The notes under the pieces: model-generated | What the model was told of the DNA's origin: nothing | Databases searched by the model: none | What the model saw: only the letters and a program-made list of their open reading frames with translations | Program-made: the position numbers and the translations under genes | DNA from: Planctomycetota bacterium | Lineage (GTDB): Bacteria > Planctomycetota > B15-G4 | Direction: 5' to 3' | Assembly (NCBI GenBank): GCA_038212275.1 | Contig: JBBQUR010000004.1 | Span: 192,001-256,000, forward strand | DNA: 64,000 bases | In this document: positions 47,700-57,956 of the stretch, piece after piece | Layout of the letters: every line of letters begins with the position of its first letter | Position numbering within the stretch: position 1 is the first letter of the stretch

Positions 47700-49222
47700 A
47701 GACGGACAAGGCTCGTGCAAACCAGCCGGGCGGCTTCTCGCGAGGCGCGCGCGTGGCGGGAGCCGCCGAGGGTTTCGGCATGGCCTTCGTCGTGCTCGCG
47801 CTCGTCGGGGCGATCATCTACGCGGCGTCGCGGCCGAGCCTGCGCCTCAGGCTCGACCTCACCGAGGGCGCGCGATACACGCTCACCGAACAGACCCGTC
47901 AGGTGCTTGCCAACCTGTCCGAGCCCGTCACTTTTGTGGCGCTGATGCGCCCCGAAGTGCAGGGCATTCCCAACGGCCTCTACGAGGTCCAGCAAAGCGC
48001 CATCGCCTACGCGCAGAACCTGCTGCAGGAGTACGTGCTCGCCTCCGGCGGCAAGGTCTCGGTGCGCACGGTGGATCCGAACGAAGATCGCATCGAGGCC
48101 GAACGCCTGGTCAAGGAACTCCACCTCACGCGCTACAACGTCGTGGTCGCGCAATCGGGGAAGCGTTCCAGGCAGGTCTTTCTCGACGAGATGGTCACCA
48201 TCGACCGCGGGCTGGCCGAGCCGCCGGTGATCGAGCCTGCGCACCTCGTGGACCTGCGCGGCGAGGAACCGCTCACCACGGCCCTGCTCGCCGTGACTCG
48301 GGAGACCGCTCCGCGCGCCGGGTTTCTGCAGCGCCTCGGCGGCCCGTCGCCGGACGACTTCACCGACTTCGGGCTTGGCTGGTTCGCCGAGTCTCTTCGC
48401 GGCCAGGGCTTCGTGGTGGAGAACTTCGACCTCGCGGACAGCACGGCCGTCCCTGCCGGTCTCGATCTGGTGATCGTGTGGGGGCCCGTGGTGCCGCTGG
48501 GCGCCCGCGTCACCGCTGCGCTGCGCGAGTTTCACGAACGTGGCGGGGCCCTGCTGCTCGGCATCGACCCGTTGCTGGCAGACAACGACCTCGACCGGTT
48601 GATCGAACGGCTCGGCGTCAAGCGCGAGCGCGCGATCATCACGCGTGACGACGTGCCCTGGGAGGGTGAACGCCGCGCCCTGATCACCGTCAGCCGCTTC
48701 CTGCCGGACCACGAGATCTCCGCGGCCATCGCGCGCCAGGGAACCTTCGCGCGCATGTCGGGCGCCGGCGCCCTGCTTCGCTACGAGGGCGCTCCCTCCA
48801 CCCTGACTGCCCAGGCCCTGGCCATCACGCCGGAGAACGTGTTCGCGGACCGCCCGCTGACGGAAGGGACGCCAGGCGACTACACCTTCGGCGAAGGCGA
48901 GGTCCGGGCGCCGCGCGCGCTGGCTTTCGCGCTGTCGGGCGACGGCGGGCGCTGCGTGGTCTTCGGCAACTCGAGCTTCCTGACCAACAGCTTTCTCACC
49001 TCCGCCGAGGGCGGCAAGGCCAATGCGGACCTCGGACTCAACGCCGCGAACTGGCTCGCGGGCCGTGACGAGGCGATCGGCAGCCGGCCGCGCCAGGTGT
49101 TCGAATCGCGCGTCGACCTCACCGACGATGAGCGCACGAGCGTCAGCATCTACGTGCTGCTTCTCACGCCACTCGGCGGCGCACTGCTCGGTGCGCTCGT
49201 CTGGTTTGCGCGGAGGCGCTGA
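47690..49222 (+). CDS. GldG-family ABC auxiliary component
   Basis: RLDLTEGARYTLTEQT, VDP, VVFGNSSF, NWLAG; N- and C-terminal TM helices. Confidence 0.8.
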   Translation: MALETDKARANQPGGFSRGARVAGAAEGFGMAFVVLALVGAIIYAASRPSLRLRLDLTEGARYTLTEQTRQVLANLSEPVTFVALMRPEVQGIPNGLYEVQQSAIAYAQNLLQEYVLASGGKVSVRTVDPNEDRIEAERLVKELHLTRYNVVVAQSGKRSRQVFLDEMVTIDRGLAEPPVIEPAHLVDLRGEEPLTTALLAVTRETAPRAGFLQRLGGPSPDDFTDFGLGWFAESLRGQGFVVENFDLADSTAVPAGLDLVIVWGPVVPLGARVTAALREFHERGGALLLGIDPLLADNDLDRLIERLGVKRERAIITRDDVPWEGERRALITVSRFLPDHEISAAIARQGTFARMSGAGALLRYEGAPSTLTAQALAITPENVFADRPLTEGTPGDYTFGEGEVRAPRALAFALSGDGGRCVVFGNSSFLTNSFLTSAEGGKANADLGLNAANWLAGRDEAIGSRPRQVFESRVDLTDDERTSVSIYVLLLTPLGGALLGALVWFARRR

Positions 49223-49227
49223 GGCGG

Positions 49228-51066
49228 ATGGCCATGTCGATGTCGCGCGAACTCCGTGCCCGCCTGGCCACGCTGGCTGTCCTGGTCGTCGTGGCGTTCG
49301 GCCTCTATTTCGTCGCGCTGCGCGCCGACGTGCTGCACGCACCGAGGGCCGTGACGGGGCCGCTGTATCCGGACCTGGCCACGCAGGACATCACCTGGAT
49401 CTACCTGCGCCTGGCGTTCGGGCAGGACCTCGAGCTCCAGCGCCATCCGGGCGCCCCGTGGCGCATCACGCGGCCCGTCGCCGAATCGGCGCGCCAGGAC
49501 TACGTCGACAAGCTGCTGGACGATCTCTCCCGGGCCACGGTGGAGCCTGCCGAGGTCGCGGGCGAGACGCTCCGAGCCGCCAATGTGGGCCTCGAACCGC
49601 CCGATTTCCAGATCAGCTTCGGCAATGGCAAGCAGCGCGAGACGCTGCTCCTCGGCGGCGTGGAGCCTCTCGGGCGCATGGTCTATGCGCGACGCAGCGG
49701 CGACACGTCCATCGTGCTGACGACTCGCAATCTCGAGACGCTGCTCCAGTTCAACAGCTCGGACTTCGTGGACCCGACCCTGCTGCGCGGCCTTGCCGGT
49801 CCGCCCACGCACGTCCGGGTGGAGGTCGACGGCGGTGTGCTGCTCGATGCCGTGCGCAAGGCGGACCACTGGACACTCACGGCACCCGTGGCTGCGCAGG
49901 CGGATGACGATCGCATCTCGCAATTGGTGCGCAGCCTGTTCTTCGCGCGTGCTTCGGGAGTGATCGTCTCCAATCCGCTGCCGGCCGCGCTTCACGACAT
50001 GGGCATGCCTGATCCGAGCGATCGTGCCGCCGGAGACTGGCGCGGCGCGACGCTCATCGAGATCGGCAACGAAGCGGAGGGGCCCGTGAAGGCCTGGCTC
50101 GCGGCCGGCTGGCAGGACTCGGGCGAAGAGGTGGCTGCCATGCGCGATGACGGCCCCAAGGTGATCACGATCCCTCGTGCGTCGCTCAACATGCTGGCGA
50201 ACGAGCCCTCGTACTTCCGTCAGCATCGGGTGCTGCCGCCGCTGCGTGATCGCGCGGAGAGTCTGCGGCTGGCTCGCGAAGGAAGCGTGCTCCTCGACAT
50301 CCGCCGGGCGCGCGACGGGAGCTGGACGTTTCTCGTGCCGGAGCGGCTTGCGGGCGAGCCCGTCGAGAACGAGCGCGTCGAATTGCACTCGGTGCTCGGC
50401 GACTTTCTCGAGCACATCGATTCCCTGGAAGCCATCGACTTCCTGCCGCCGCCGACGGGCACGCCGATCGCCGATCTGCAGGTCACCTGGACTCGCGGCA
50501 CCGACGTGAGGCTCGAACGTCTCGACCTGTTCGCACCTCTGCCCGAAGGCGTCCCGGCGCTTTACGCCGACCGTCCGCAGGAGGGTTTGCTGCTCCCGTT
50601 GTCCGTCCTCGACCTGTTCGCGTGGGAGACGCCCGAGATCCTTCGCAAGCTCGCGCCGATCGCCATCGATGGTCTGGCCTGGAAGGGCTTCCGGGTGGAA
50701 TATCCGACGCCCGAGGAAACGCTCGAGGTCCGGCGCGCAGCGGACGGCTCGTGGACCGGTGACGACGAGTGGGGCCGACGCTTCGGCCTCGCCAAGGACC
50801 TGCAGCGTGGATTCAGGGGATTCCGGTGGCAGCCCGTGCGCGCGAAGGCGGAGTACCCATGGCAACTCGCCTTTCTCGACGACGCAGGAGGCGTGCTCGA
50901 AACCGTGCGCCTGCGGCTCCCGGCCGCCGATGAGCCCCAGGAGGCCAATGGCTACCCGTGCGCCTTCGCGGCGCTCCCAGGACACGATGGTGTGGAACTC
51001 GTGATTGCCCGGCAGTGGGTGACCCAAGTCCAATCGCTGCAGGCGCCACAGCAGCGCAATCCGTGA
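49228..51066 (+). CDS. DUF4340-like periplasmic protein
   Basis: N-terminal TM; repeated W...P...A, GL.PP, LLLG...VYAR units; usual position after GldAFG-like genes. Confidence 0.68.
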   Translation: MAMSMSRELRARLATLAVLVVVAFGLYFVALRADVLHAPRAVTGPLYPDLATQDITWIYLRLAFGQDLELQRHPGAPWRITRPVAESARQDYVDKLLDDLSRATVEPAEVAGETLRAANVGLEPPDFQISFGNGKQRETLLLGGVEPLGRMVYARRSGDTSIVLTTRNLETLLQFNSSDFVDPTLLRGLAGPPTHVRVEVDGGVLLDAVRKADHWTLTAPVAAQADDDRISQLVRSLFFARASGVIVSNPLPAALHDMGMPDPSDRAAGDWRGATLIEIGNEAEGPVKAWLAAGWQDSGEEVAAMRDDGPKVITIPRASLNMLANEPSYFRQHRVLPPLRDRAESLRLAREGSVLLDIRRARDGSWTFLVPERLAGEPVENERVELHSVLGDFLEHIDSLEAIDFLPPPTGTPIADLQVTWTRGTDVRLERLDLFAPLPEGVPALYADRPQEGLLLPLSVLDLFAWETPEILRKLAPIAIDGLAWKGFRVEYPTPEETLEVRRAADGSWTGDDEWGRRFGLAKDLQRGFRGFRWQPVRAKAEYPWQLAFLDDAGGVLETVRLRLPAADEPQEANGYPCAFAALPGHDGVELVIARQWVTQVQSLQAPQQRNP

Positions 51067-51094
51067 TCGGGCCACCGGCCGATCAGTAGGCCGA

Positions 51095-51697
51095 TCAGTC
51101 GGCCGATCTCGCTGGCAGCGTGGCGGCCCAGGAGCTGATGGCCGCCGGGTAGGTCCGGCACTCGGCATCGAACACGCGCGCCGCGAGCGATGCGACCGTG
51201 TCGCCGGGCAGCACGGGCACGCGCGACTGCGCGACGATGGGGCCATGGTCGTAATGTTCGTCCACGACGTGGACCGTGCAACCGCTCTCGGTATCGCCCG
51301 CGGCGAGGACGGCAGCGTGCACGTGCTCACCATACATGCCGCGCCCGCCATGCCGAGGCAGCAGGGAAGGGTGGATGTTGAGCACGCGACCCGTGAGTTC
51401 CGGCGGCACGGCGAAGTGGAGCAGCCAGCCCGCGAGAATCACGAGATCCGGGCGTTCGGCCCGCAATGCCGCGGCGAGTGCGGCATCGAAGGCGGCTCGA
51501 TCCGCATGGTCGCGGGGCCGCAGCACGTCCATTGCGAAGCCGGCCTGCCGGGCGCGCGCCACGCCGGCCGTGTCCGCGCGCGAGCTGATGACTCGCGTGA
51601 TCATGGCATGCAGCCGTCCGGCGTCGATGGCGTCTGCGAGGTTGAGCAGCGTGCGACCGCCGCCGGACATGAGCACGACGAGCCGCAGCGGTTTCAT
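51095..51697 (-). CDS. purN: Phosphoribosylglycinamide formyltransferase
   Basis: SGGGRTL, LAGW, NIHPSLLP, SGCTVHVV..YDHGPI. Confidence 0.95.
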   Translation of the reverse strand: MKPLRLVVLMSGGGRTLLNLADAIDAGRLHAMITRVISSRADTAGVARARQAGFAMDVLRPRDHADRAAFDAALAAALRAERPDLVILAGWLLHFAVPPELTGRVLNIHPSLLPRHGGRGMYGEHVHAAVLAAGDTESGCTVHVVDEHYDHGPIVAQSRVPVLPGDTVASLAARVFDAECRTYPAAISSWAATLPARSAD

Positions 51698-52026
51698 GCG
51701 CCGGTGAGTGCGGCAGCGAGTCGCTGCCTTGCCGCATCGAGCGTCAGGCCGCGCGCGTGGTAGCGCTTGTCCCGGTGTGTGGCGCCGCTCACGCAGGTCA
51801 CTGCGCTTCGAGACACTCCGAGCACGCCGGCGAGGACCTCCCCGATGCGCCGCGTCGCGAGGCCGTCCTCGGGTGGCGCCGTGGTTGCGATTTTCAGCGC
51901 GCAGCCGCGGGTGCCGAGCAGTCCTTCGCGTCGGCTGCCGGGCTGAGCGCGGACATGCACCAGCACACCCGCCTCGTCGGTCGAGAGCGCCTCGAACACG
52001 GCCTGCAGATCCGCGACAACCACCAT
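51694..52026 (-). CDS. DUF167 (YggU) family protein
   Basis: VRAQPGSRR, LKI..TAPPEDG.A, VSGATHRDK. Confidence 0.82.
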   Translation of the reverse strand: MVVVADLQAVFEALSTDEAGVLVHVRAQPGSRREGLLGTRGCALKIATTAPPEDGLATRRIGEVLAGVLGVSRSAVTCVSGATHRDKRYHARGLTLDAARQRLAAALTGA

Positions 52027-52044
52027 GAGGCCGATGATGGCAGA

Positions 52045-53766
52045 TCAGGGCGGAACGGTGAAGCTCGTGACGTTCGAGAAGGCCCCGTGCCCCGGCCCGA
52101 AGACCGACACGGACTGGAAGTAGAGCGTCAGCCCGATGGCCGCGCGCGGGAGCGGGTCGAGCACCACACCTGACAAGCCTGCGGCCGGTGCGGTGCCAAC
52201 GAAGATGATCTGGAATGTCGCAGGAGACAGGCCGAACACTCCGGTGAAGCCCGGCAGGGTCGCCTGGCCGGGAGCTGGCGAGCCGAGCAGGATGAGCGGC
52301 ACGCCGGGATAGGCGAAGTTGAAGATGCCGATCTCGTCCGACAAGTGCAGAGGCACCTTCAGGTAGCACACCGGTCCTGCCGCGATGCCGCTCGTCCCGC
52401 TCAGGACCATCGCGGTGCCGGAGCCGCAGGCCACCATTTCGCGCCTGCCGTCGCCATCGAAATCGTTGAGCGCCGCCGTGACGACACCGCGGGAACGCAT
52501 GCGCTCCACGCTCAGGAAGAATCCCTTCGCGCCATCGACCAGGTAGACGTTCTCGTCGAGTGAACAGGTGACGAGGTCCTGCGCGCCATTCGAGTCGACG
52601 TCGCCGACGTTCGCCATGGCGAACATCGACCCGCCGTTCACGGGGGATCCTTCGGTGCGCCAGCGGAACTTGCCGGTCCGCGAGATGACCCCGGTGGCAG
52701 CATGGTCGAAACCACCCACCGCGAAGTCGGCCAGGCCATCGCCGTCGATATCGCCGACCGCCGTCAGCGCAGTCACGTTCGTCAGCAGGTACTCGGAAGT
52801 CCACAGCAGCGCGCCGTTCCTGCCTCCGAGACCGAACAGGCACGGGGAGGGCGCATCGAGGACGCCGACCGCCGCATCGGACCAACCATCTTCGTCGATG
52901 TCGGGAAGCGGGAGGATCACGCTGGCGGTTCCGGGCATCCCGACGGACCAGATCACCGCTCCCGTTGCGCCGGATAGCAGTCGCGCGAACGGAGTGACCT
53001 CGCCGCCGCAGCACAGGACATCCGGGATGCCGTCAGCGTCGCTGTCCGCCGTCGTGCGGACATCACAGACCGAGTCGCCTGCCGCGTGCGTCCAGAGTGA
53101 TGCGCCGTTGCTGCCGGACAGCAGCCGCACCGCGTTCAAGCCGCGCCCTCCGGCGACGAGCAGGTCCGCGGCGCCGTCGCCGTTCATGTCGGTCGTCGGC
53201 TGCAAAGCGAGCAGATTGACCATCGGACCGCCGCCCGGCGCGAGATTCACCGACCAGGCCGGCATGCCGGTGACGGGGTCCCGGCGTTCCACGCGGCCGT
53301 GTTCCGAGCTTGCCGCGACGAAGAGCGCGCCATCGCAGAAGGCCAGCGTGCGCAGGCCGCGAAAGCCGCCGTTGTCCGGGATCGCACTCCAGAGCACGGT
53401 CGCGTTCCTGCCATCGCGCGCTTGCAGCGTGCGTGCTGCACTTCCGGGGGCGAAGCCGGTGGCGAAGTCCTCCGCGCCGTCGCCGTTCACATCCCCGATG
53501 GCGACGACACTTCGGCTGGATCCCGTCGACGGTGCAAACGACACCACCACTCCGGGCCCCGGGTTGGGAATGCCGTAGACGAAGGGATCGGCGGGCGACG
53601 AGATCGCTGCATCCATGGAGGCTGGAAGCTGGTCATCTACGGCAGCCTGCCCACGACTGGCTCCGGACAGCTCGAAGAACGTCGCGAACGCGCAGAGCGA
53701 CGCGACGCGAATGAGGCGGTGACAGCGAGGACGGCGGACGGCGGAGCGGTGTGGGTGGAGAGACAT
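52045..53766 (-). CDS. Secreted FG-GAP/PQQ-like beta-propeller protein with extra C-terminal domain
   Basis: DVNGDG/DMNGDG/DIDGDG repeats alternating with SG..G..LW blades; possible signal peptide. Confidence 0.78.
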   Translation of the reverse strand: MSLHPHRSAVRRPRCHRLIRVASLCAFATFFELSGASRGQAAVDDQLPASMDAAISSPADPFVYGIPNPGPGVVVSFAPSTGSSRSVVAIGDVNGDGAEDFATGFAPGSAARTLQARDGRNATVLWSAIPDNGGFRGLRTLAFCDGALFVAASSEHGRVERRDPVTGMPAWSVNLAPGGGPMVNLLALQPTTDMNGDGAADLLVAGGRGLNAVRLLSGSNGASLWTHAAGDSVCDVRTTADSDADGIPDVLCCGGEVTPFARLLSGATGAVIWSVGMPGTASVILPLPDIDEDGWSDAAVGVLDAPSPCLFGLGGRNGALLWTSEYLLTNVTALTAVGDIDGDGLADFAVGGFDHAATGVISRTGKFRWRTEGSPVNGGSMFAMANVGDVDSNGAQDLVTCSLDENVYLVDGAKGFFLSVERMRSRGVVTAALNDFDGDGRREMVACGSGTAMVLSGTSGIAAGPVCYLKVPLHLSDEIGIFNFAYPGVPLILLGSPAPGQATLPGFTGVFGLSPATFQIIFVGTAPAAGLSGVVLDPLPRAAIGLTLYFQSVSVFGPGHGAFSNVTSFTVPP

Positions 53767-54527
53767 CAGGGGTGCTCGTGAAGCGTGCCAGGGGCGCTGC
53801 ACGCCACGGCGGGGAGGGGAAGTCCGTCGACCAGCCGGCGACCGACGCGGATGAGTGTGGCGCCTTCCTCGATGGCCACCGTGAAGTCATCCGACATGCC
53901 CATGGAAAGCTGGTCGAGAGGCAGTCCTTCCTCCGGGAGCGCGCAACGGTCACGCAAGGCGGCAAGTGACTGAAAATGCACGCGGGAGTCTTCGGATCGC
54001 GCCGCGGCGGGCGCCATGGTCATCAGGCCGGTGACGTGCAGGTGCCGCAGGCGCCGGGAGGCCTGCAGCGCCTCCGGCAGTTCCCGGGGCAGAAAGCCGT
54101 GCTTGCTCGCCTCGCCGCTGACATTCACCTGCAGGAGCAACTCCGGTACCCGGCCCGCGGCCGCGGCCGCGGCGTCCAGGCGCTGCAGCAACTCCACGCT
54201 GTCCACACCGTGGAGGACATCAAAAAGCGCCACCGCACGCTGGGCCTTGTTGGACTGAAGGTGCCCGATCAGGTGCCACCTGGGGCCGGCGTCGCACATC
54301 GCACGGCGCGTCTCGGCGGCCTGCACCCGGCTCTCTCCCACGTCGGTGACACCGGCAGCGTGCAGGTGGCTGAAGATCGATACGGGCGCCGACTTCGTCA
54401 CCACGACGACCGTCACCCCGGCCGGGTCGCGACCGACGCGCCGCGCCGCCAGACCGACCTCCCCCCGCAGGGCTGCGAGGCGGCCTGCGAGACACTGGTC
54501 AGCGGGCGGGTTCTCGGTGGGTGTCAT
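53766..54527 (-). CDS. yggS: PLP homeostasis protein (YggS family)
   Basis: VVTK, GESRVQ, WHLIGHLQSNK, QVNVSGEASKHG, GLMTM, LSMGMSDDF, IRVG. Confidence 0.95.
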   Translation of the reverse strand: MTPTENPPADQCLAGRLAALRGEVGLAARRVGRDPAGVTVVVVTKSAPVSIFSHLHAAGVTDVGESRVQAAETRRAMCDAGPRWHLIGHLQSNKAQRAVALFDVLHGVDSVELLQRLDAAAAAAGRVPELLLQVNVSGEASKHGFLPRELPEALQASRRLRHLHVTGLMTMAPAAARSEDSRVHFQSLAALRDRCALPEEGLPLDQLSMGMSDDFTVAIEEGATLIRVGRRLVDGLPLPAVACSAPGTLHEHP

Positions 54528-54560
54528 GGGTCTCCTCAGGATACTCCCACCACAATCCGC

Positions 54561-54590
54561 TTGACCGGTCGTTCGCGCGCCCGCTACGGT
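54561..54590 (+). promoter_or_regulatory. Sigma-70-like promoter, probably leaderless
   Basis: TTGACC-18 bp-TACGGT, 7 nt before ATG 54598, no RBS. Confidence 0.55.
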
Positions 54591-54597
54591 CGCCACC

Positions 54598-55656
54598 ATG
54601 ATTTTCATGGCGCTTCTCATCGTCTTCCTGTCCCCGCTGACCACAGTCCCGCTGACGGAGCCCACCGTCGCCCTGGAGCAGAGGGCCTCCGAGCCACAGC
54701 AGCAGTGGGTGGCGCCGCTCGGCGAGTTGCGCCACGCCCGGGTGACAAGGATCGGCACCGTTGCCGACCTGGTGCTCGCCGAGGACAGCGCCGGGGGTCT
54801 GACGGCGCTTGATCCCGCCACGGGTCAGGCGCGCTGGTTCGTTCAGCTCCCCGCGCCACTGAACTTCTGGCCGGTTGCCGGAGATGGAGTCATCTCCCTC
54901 GCGTGCGGGCAGACGATGGTTGTCGTCTCCTCCACGAACGGAACCAGGCGTTTCCAGACTTCGGAGGGCTCCGTTCCGTGCAACAGCCCGGTCGCGGACT
55001 CTCACGCTCTGTACGTGCCCACGCTGCTCGGCAACCGGGTGGTGGCCACGTCGCTCGAGTCGGGCCAGGTCGCCTGGTCTTACCAGATGGCGGCGCCCAT
55101 CACGACGCCCGCACAACTCGTCGGCGCCGTCGGCACCCGGTCCGTGCTCGTCGGTTGCGACGACGGCATGCTGCGCGCGTTGCCCGCGGGGCTCGCGGTG
55201 CCCGAGCACGAGCGCTGGGTCGCCCATGTCGGGAGGATCATCGACGGTCCCGTGATCGCCGGCGAACTTGTGCTTGTGGCCAGCGCGGATCTCGTCCTGC
55301 TCGCACTCGATGCCTCGTCCGGCGTGGCGCGCTGGCGACACCTGCCGGGTGAAGCACTCCGCTGCGCACCCGTCGTCGTGGGTGACCTCGTCCTGTGTTC
55401 GACCGACACGAGGCTCTTCGCGGTGCACGCATCCAGCGGTCAGCTTGCGTGGGAGCAGGAGGTCCATGCACGGCCGCTGGCGGAGTTGAATGGCGCGGTT
55501 CTCGACGTGCGGGCCGATGGCAGCTCGGAAGTGCGCGAAGCAAGCACGGGAGCCGTGCTCGTCCAGGCGCTTCCCTCGGACGTCGTGTCGAACCACGGGA
55601 TGCTGGTGCAACTGCGCGGCGGCACCGAGGTCGTGGGATGGAAGCTCGGGCGCTGA
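54598..55656 (+). CDS. PQQ-like beta-propeller repeat protein (BamB-like)
   Basis: Repeated ALD..TG...W blades; hydrophobic N-terminus. Confidence 0.78.
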   Translation: MIFMALLIVFLSPLTTVPLTEPTVALEQRASEPQQQWVAPLGELRHARVTRIGTVADLVLAEDSAGGLTALDPATGQARWFVQLPAPLNFWPVAGDGVISLACGQTMVVVSSTNGTRRFQTSEGSVPCNSPVADSHALYVPTLLGNRVVATSLESGQVAWSYQMAAPITTPAQLVGAVGTRSVLVGCDDGMLRALPAGLAVPEHERWVAHVGRIIDGPVIAGELVLVASADLVLLALDASSGVARWRHLPGEALRCAPVVVGDLVLCSTDTRLFAVHASSGQLAWEQEVHARPLAELNGAVLDVRADGSSEVREASTGAVLVQALPSDVVSNHGMLVQLRGGTEVVGWKLGR

Positions 55657-55663
55657 ACGTGAC

Positions 55664-56755
55664 TCAGCGCAGGTGCAGCGGAAGCTGACCCAGCGCATCC
55701 AGCACGCAGTCCGACACATCCCGCGAGCGGAGCGCCTCGTCAGGCAGCAGCATGAAGTCGCGTGTTGCACGCACGCGCAGTGCTCGTGGCGTGGCCGGCA
55801 GCGAGAGCTCGCCATGTCCGGCCTGCGCAAGTTTCGACAAGGCCTCCACGATGGCGGCACGCGGATCGATTCGACGGCGTTCGGCGAGGCAGTGACCAAG
55901 GAGCCGCAAGAGTTCCGCGACGTGCTCGCCTCGCGCATCGCCTGTCGCAGGTCGAAAGGCGTGCCAGGCAAGCCGACAGCTCAGGCCATCGGGAGTCAAC
56001 CCGTTCTCGATCAGCGCGGCGACGCGAAGGACTCGAGCTTCCAGCCTGACGCGCGCGTTCGCCTGCAGGGAGTGCAGTGCGGGCACGACACTCGCGCCCT
56101 CCGTCGCCAGCCAGGCTCGCACGCGGTTGCGTGCCACGGTGACGTCAGCATTCGTCTCGTCCTCGACGCACGGAATGGCATGCGCAGCCCGGTACGCCAC
56201 GAGTTCCAGACGTCCCGGAGGAAGTCTCGCAGCGAGCAAGGGGTGAACGAGCATGACATCGGAAGCAAGCGGCCTCAGCACGGGAATGCCGGCAAGCGCG
56301 CGATCTCCTCGATGCCCGCGCTGCAGATGCAGCAGCAGCGTTTCCAGGCTGTCGTCACGGTGATGTGCAACCAGGACATGCCGGGCCCCGGCGGAGCGCG
56401 CCGCCTGCTGCAGTGCAGCGAGCCGTCGAGCTCGTGCCGCCGTCTCACCCCGCCCCGGAGACGACGGCGTGGGCCCCGCAGAAACAACCGAGCATGGAAT
56501 GTCCATTGTCTGGCAGACCGTACGCACGAACTCGGCATCGTTCGGAGCGGCCACACGCAGACCATGCTGGACGTGCACCACGGCGAGCGGGCTGCGCAGC
56601 ACCGAGCGCGCGGCCATGAGCAGCGCCATGGAGTCACTTCCACCCGAGACCCCCAGAATGAGGAGGTGCCCATCCGGGAAGACGTCTCCTGCACAACGTC
56701 GGAGGCCGGCCATCACCATCTGGTGGGCTTCGTCGTCGAAATCGGGGGACAGCAT
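55664..56755 (-). CDS. tilS: tRNA(Ile)-lysidine synthetase
   Basis: SGGSDS PP-loop, [34 protein letters not shown]. Confidence 0.9.
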   Translation of the reverse strand: MLSPDFDDEAHQMVMAGLRRCAGDVFPDGHLLILGVSGGSDSMALLMAARSVLRSPLAVVHVQHGLRVAAPNDAEFVRTVCQTMDIPCSVVSAGPTPSSPGRGETAARARRLAALQQAARSAGARHVLVAHHRDDSLETLLLHLQRGHRGDRALAGIPVLRPLASDVMLVHPLLAARLPPGRLELVAYRAAHAIPCVEDETNADVTVARNRVRAWLATEGASVVPALHSLQANARVRLEARVLRVAALIENGLTPDGLSCRLAWHAFRPATGDARGEHVAELLRLLGHCLAERRRIDPRAAIVEALSKLAQAGHGELSLPATPRALRVRATRDFMLLPDEALRSRDVSDCVLDALGQLPLHLR

Positions 56756-56943
56756 GCGCGCATGCTAGCTGGCAGCGGTCACGACCCGGGGGCCACCCGA
56801 GACGGCGGCCGCGCCGCGCCATCGGAAGCGACCGGGCGTTGGCTGTCACTCGACCCGGTGGTTATAAAGGCGACCCTTCGTCGCGCGGCACCTCGGCGGA
56901 ACGCACCGCCAACGCGCACGGGATCAGCCCCCGAAAGGACAGC

Positions 56944-57948
56944 ATGGCCATCAGGATCGGCATCAACGGTTTCGGACGCATCGGCCGCACGGTCTTCCGC
57001 ATCATGCAGGAGCGCAAGGAGTTCGAGGTCGTCCTCATCAACGACCTGTCGGACCCGGCTTCACTGGCCCACCTCCTGAAGTACGACACGGTCATGGGCC
57101 GCTTCGGCCACGCCGTCAGCTCGGTCGAGGGTGCGCTTGTCGTCGATGGCCGTCAGGTCAAGGTCACCGCCGAGAGGGAGCCGAAGCTCCTCCCATGGAA
57201 GGAACTCAAGGTGGACTTTGTCGTCGAGTCCACCGGTCGCTTCCGCAAGCGCGACGAGATCGCGCAGCACCTGACAGCCGGCGCAGGGAAAGTGCTCCTC
57301 ACCGTTCCGTCCAAGGACGACATCGATGCCATGGTCGTGCTCGGCGTCAACGACGAGATACTCAAGGCCGAGCACCGCATCATCAGCAATGCTTCGTGCA
57401 CGACGAACTGCCTTGCGCCGATCGCCAAGGTCCTGAACGACTCGTTCGGCATTCGTCGCGGGCTCATGACCACGGTGCATGCGTACACCAATGACCAGAA
57501 TGTCGCGGACATGATCCACAAGGATCTTCGTCGCGCCCGTGCGGCGGCGCAGAACATCATCCCGACGGACACAGGAGCTGCGCGCGCCGTCGGCAAGGTG
57601 CTGCCGGCGCTCAAGGGCAAGCTCGACGGCACGGCGCTGCGCGTCCCCGTCGTCACCGGCTCGATCGTGGACCTTGTCGCGGTTCTCGACAAGGAGGTCA
57701 CGCGGGAGGCCGTGAACGCTGCGATGAAGGCTGCCGCAGACGGCCCGATGAAGGGCATCCTGGAATACACGGCCGACCCGATCGTGAGCAGCGACATCAT
57801 CGGCAGCAGCGCCAGCTCGATCTTCGACTCGCTCGCGACGATGGTCATCGACAGCAACATGGTGAAGGTGCTGTCCTGGTATGACAACGAGTGGGGGTAC
57901 TCCTGTCGCGTCGTCGACCTGATTCGCAAGGCCCATGAGCTGAAGTAG
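56944..57948 (+). CDS. gap: Glyceraldehyde-3-phosphate dehydrogenase type I
   Basis: [38 protein letters not shown]. Confidence 0.98.
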   Translation: MAIRIGINGFGRIGRTVFRIMQERKEFEVVLINDLSDPASLAHLLKYDTVMGRFGHAVSSVEGALVVDGRQVKVTAEREPKLLPWKELKVDFVVESTGRFRKRDEIAQHLTAGAGKVLLTVPSKDDIDAMVVLGVNDEILKAEHRIISNASCTTNCLAPIAKVLNDSFGIRRGLMTTVHAYTNDQNVADMIHKDLRRARAAAQNIIPTDTGAARAVGKVLPALKGKLDGTALRVPVVTGSIVDLVAVLDKEVTREAVNAAMKAAADGPMKGILEYTADPIVSSDIIGSSASSIFDSLATMVIDSNMVKVLSWYDNEWGYSCRVVDLIRKAHELK

Positions 57949-57956
57949 GCGCACAC

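Noticed and set aside
51077..51112. Three 12-bp repeats GGCCGATC(AGT/TCG) at the purN stop
   Set aside because: Looks like local slippage duplication between convergent genes; no evidence of function.
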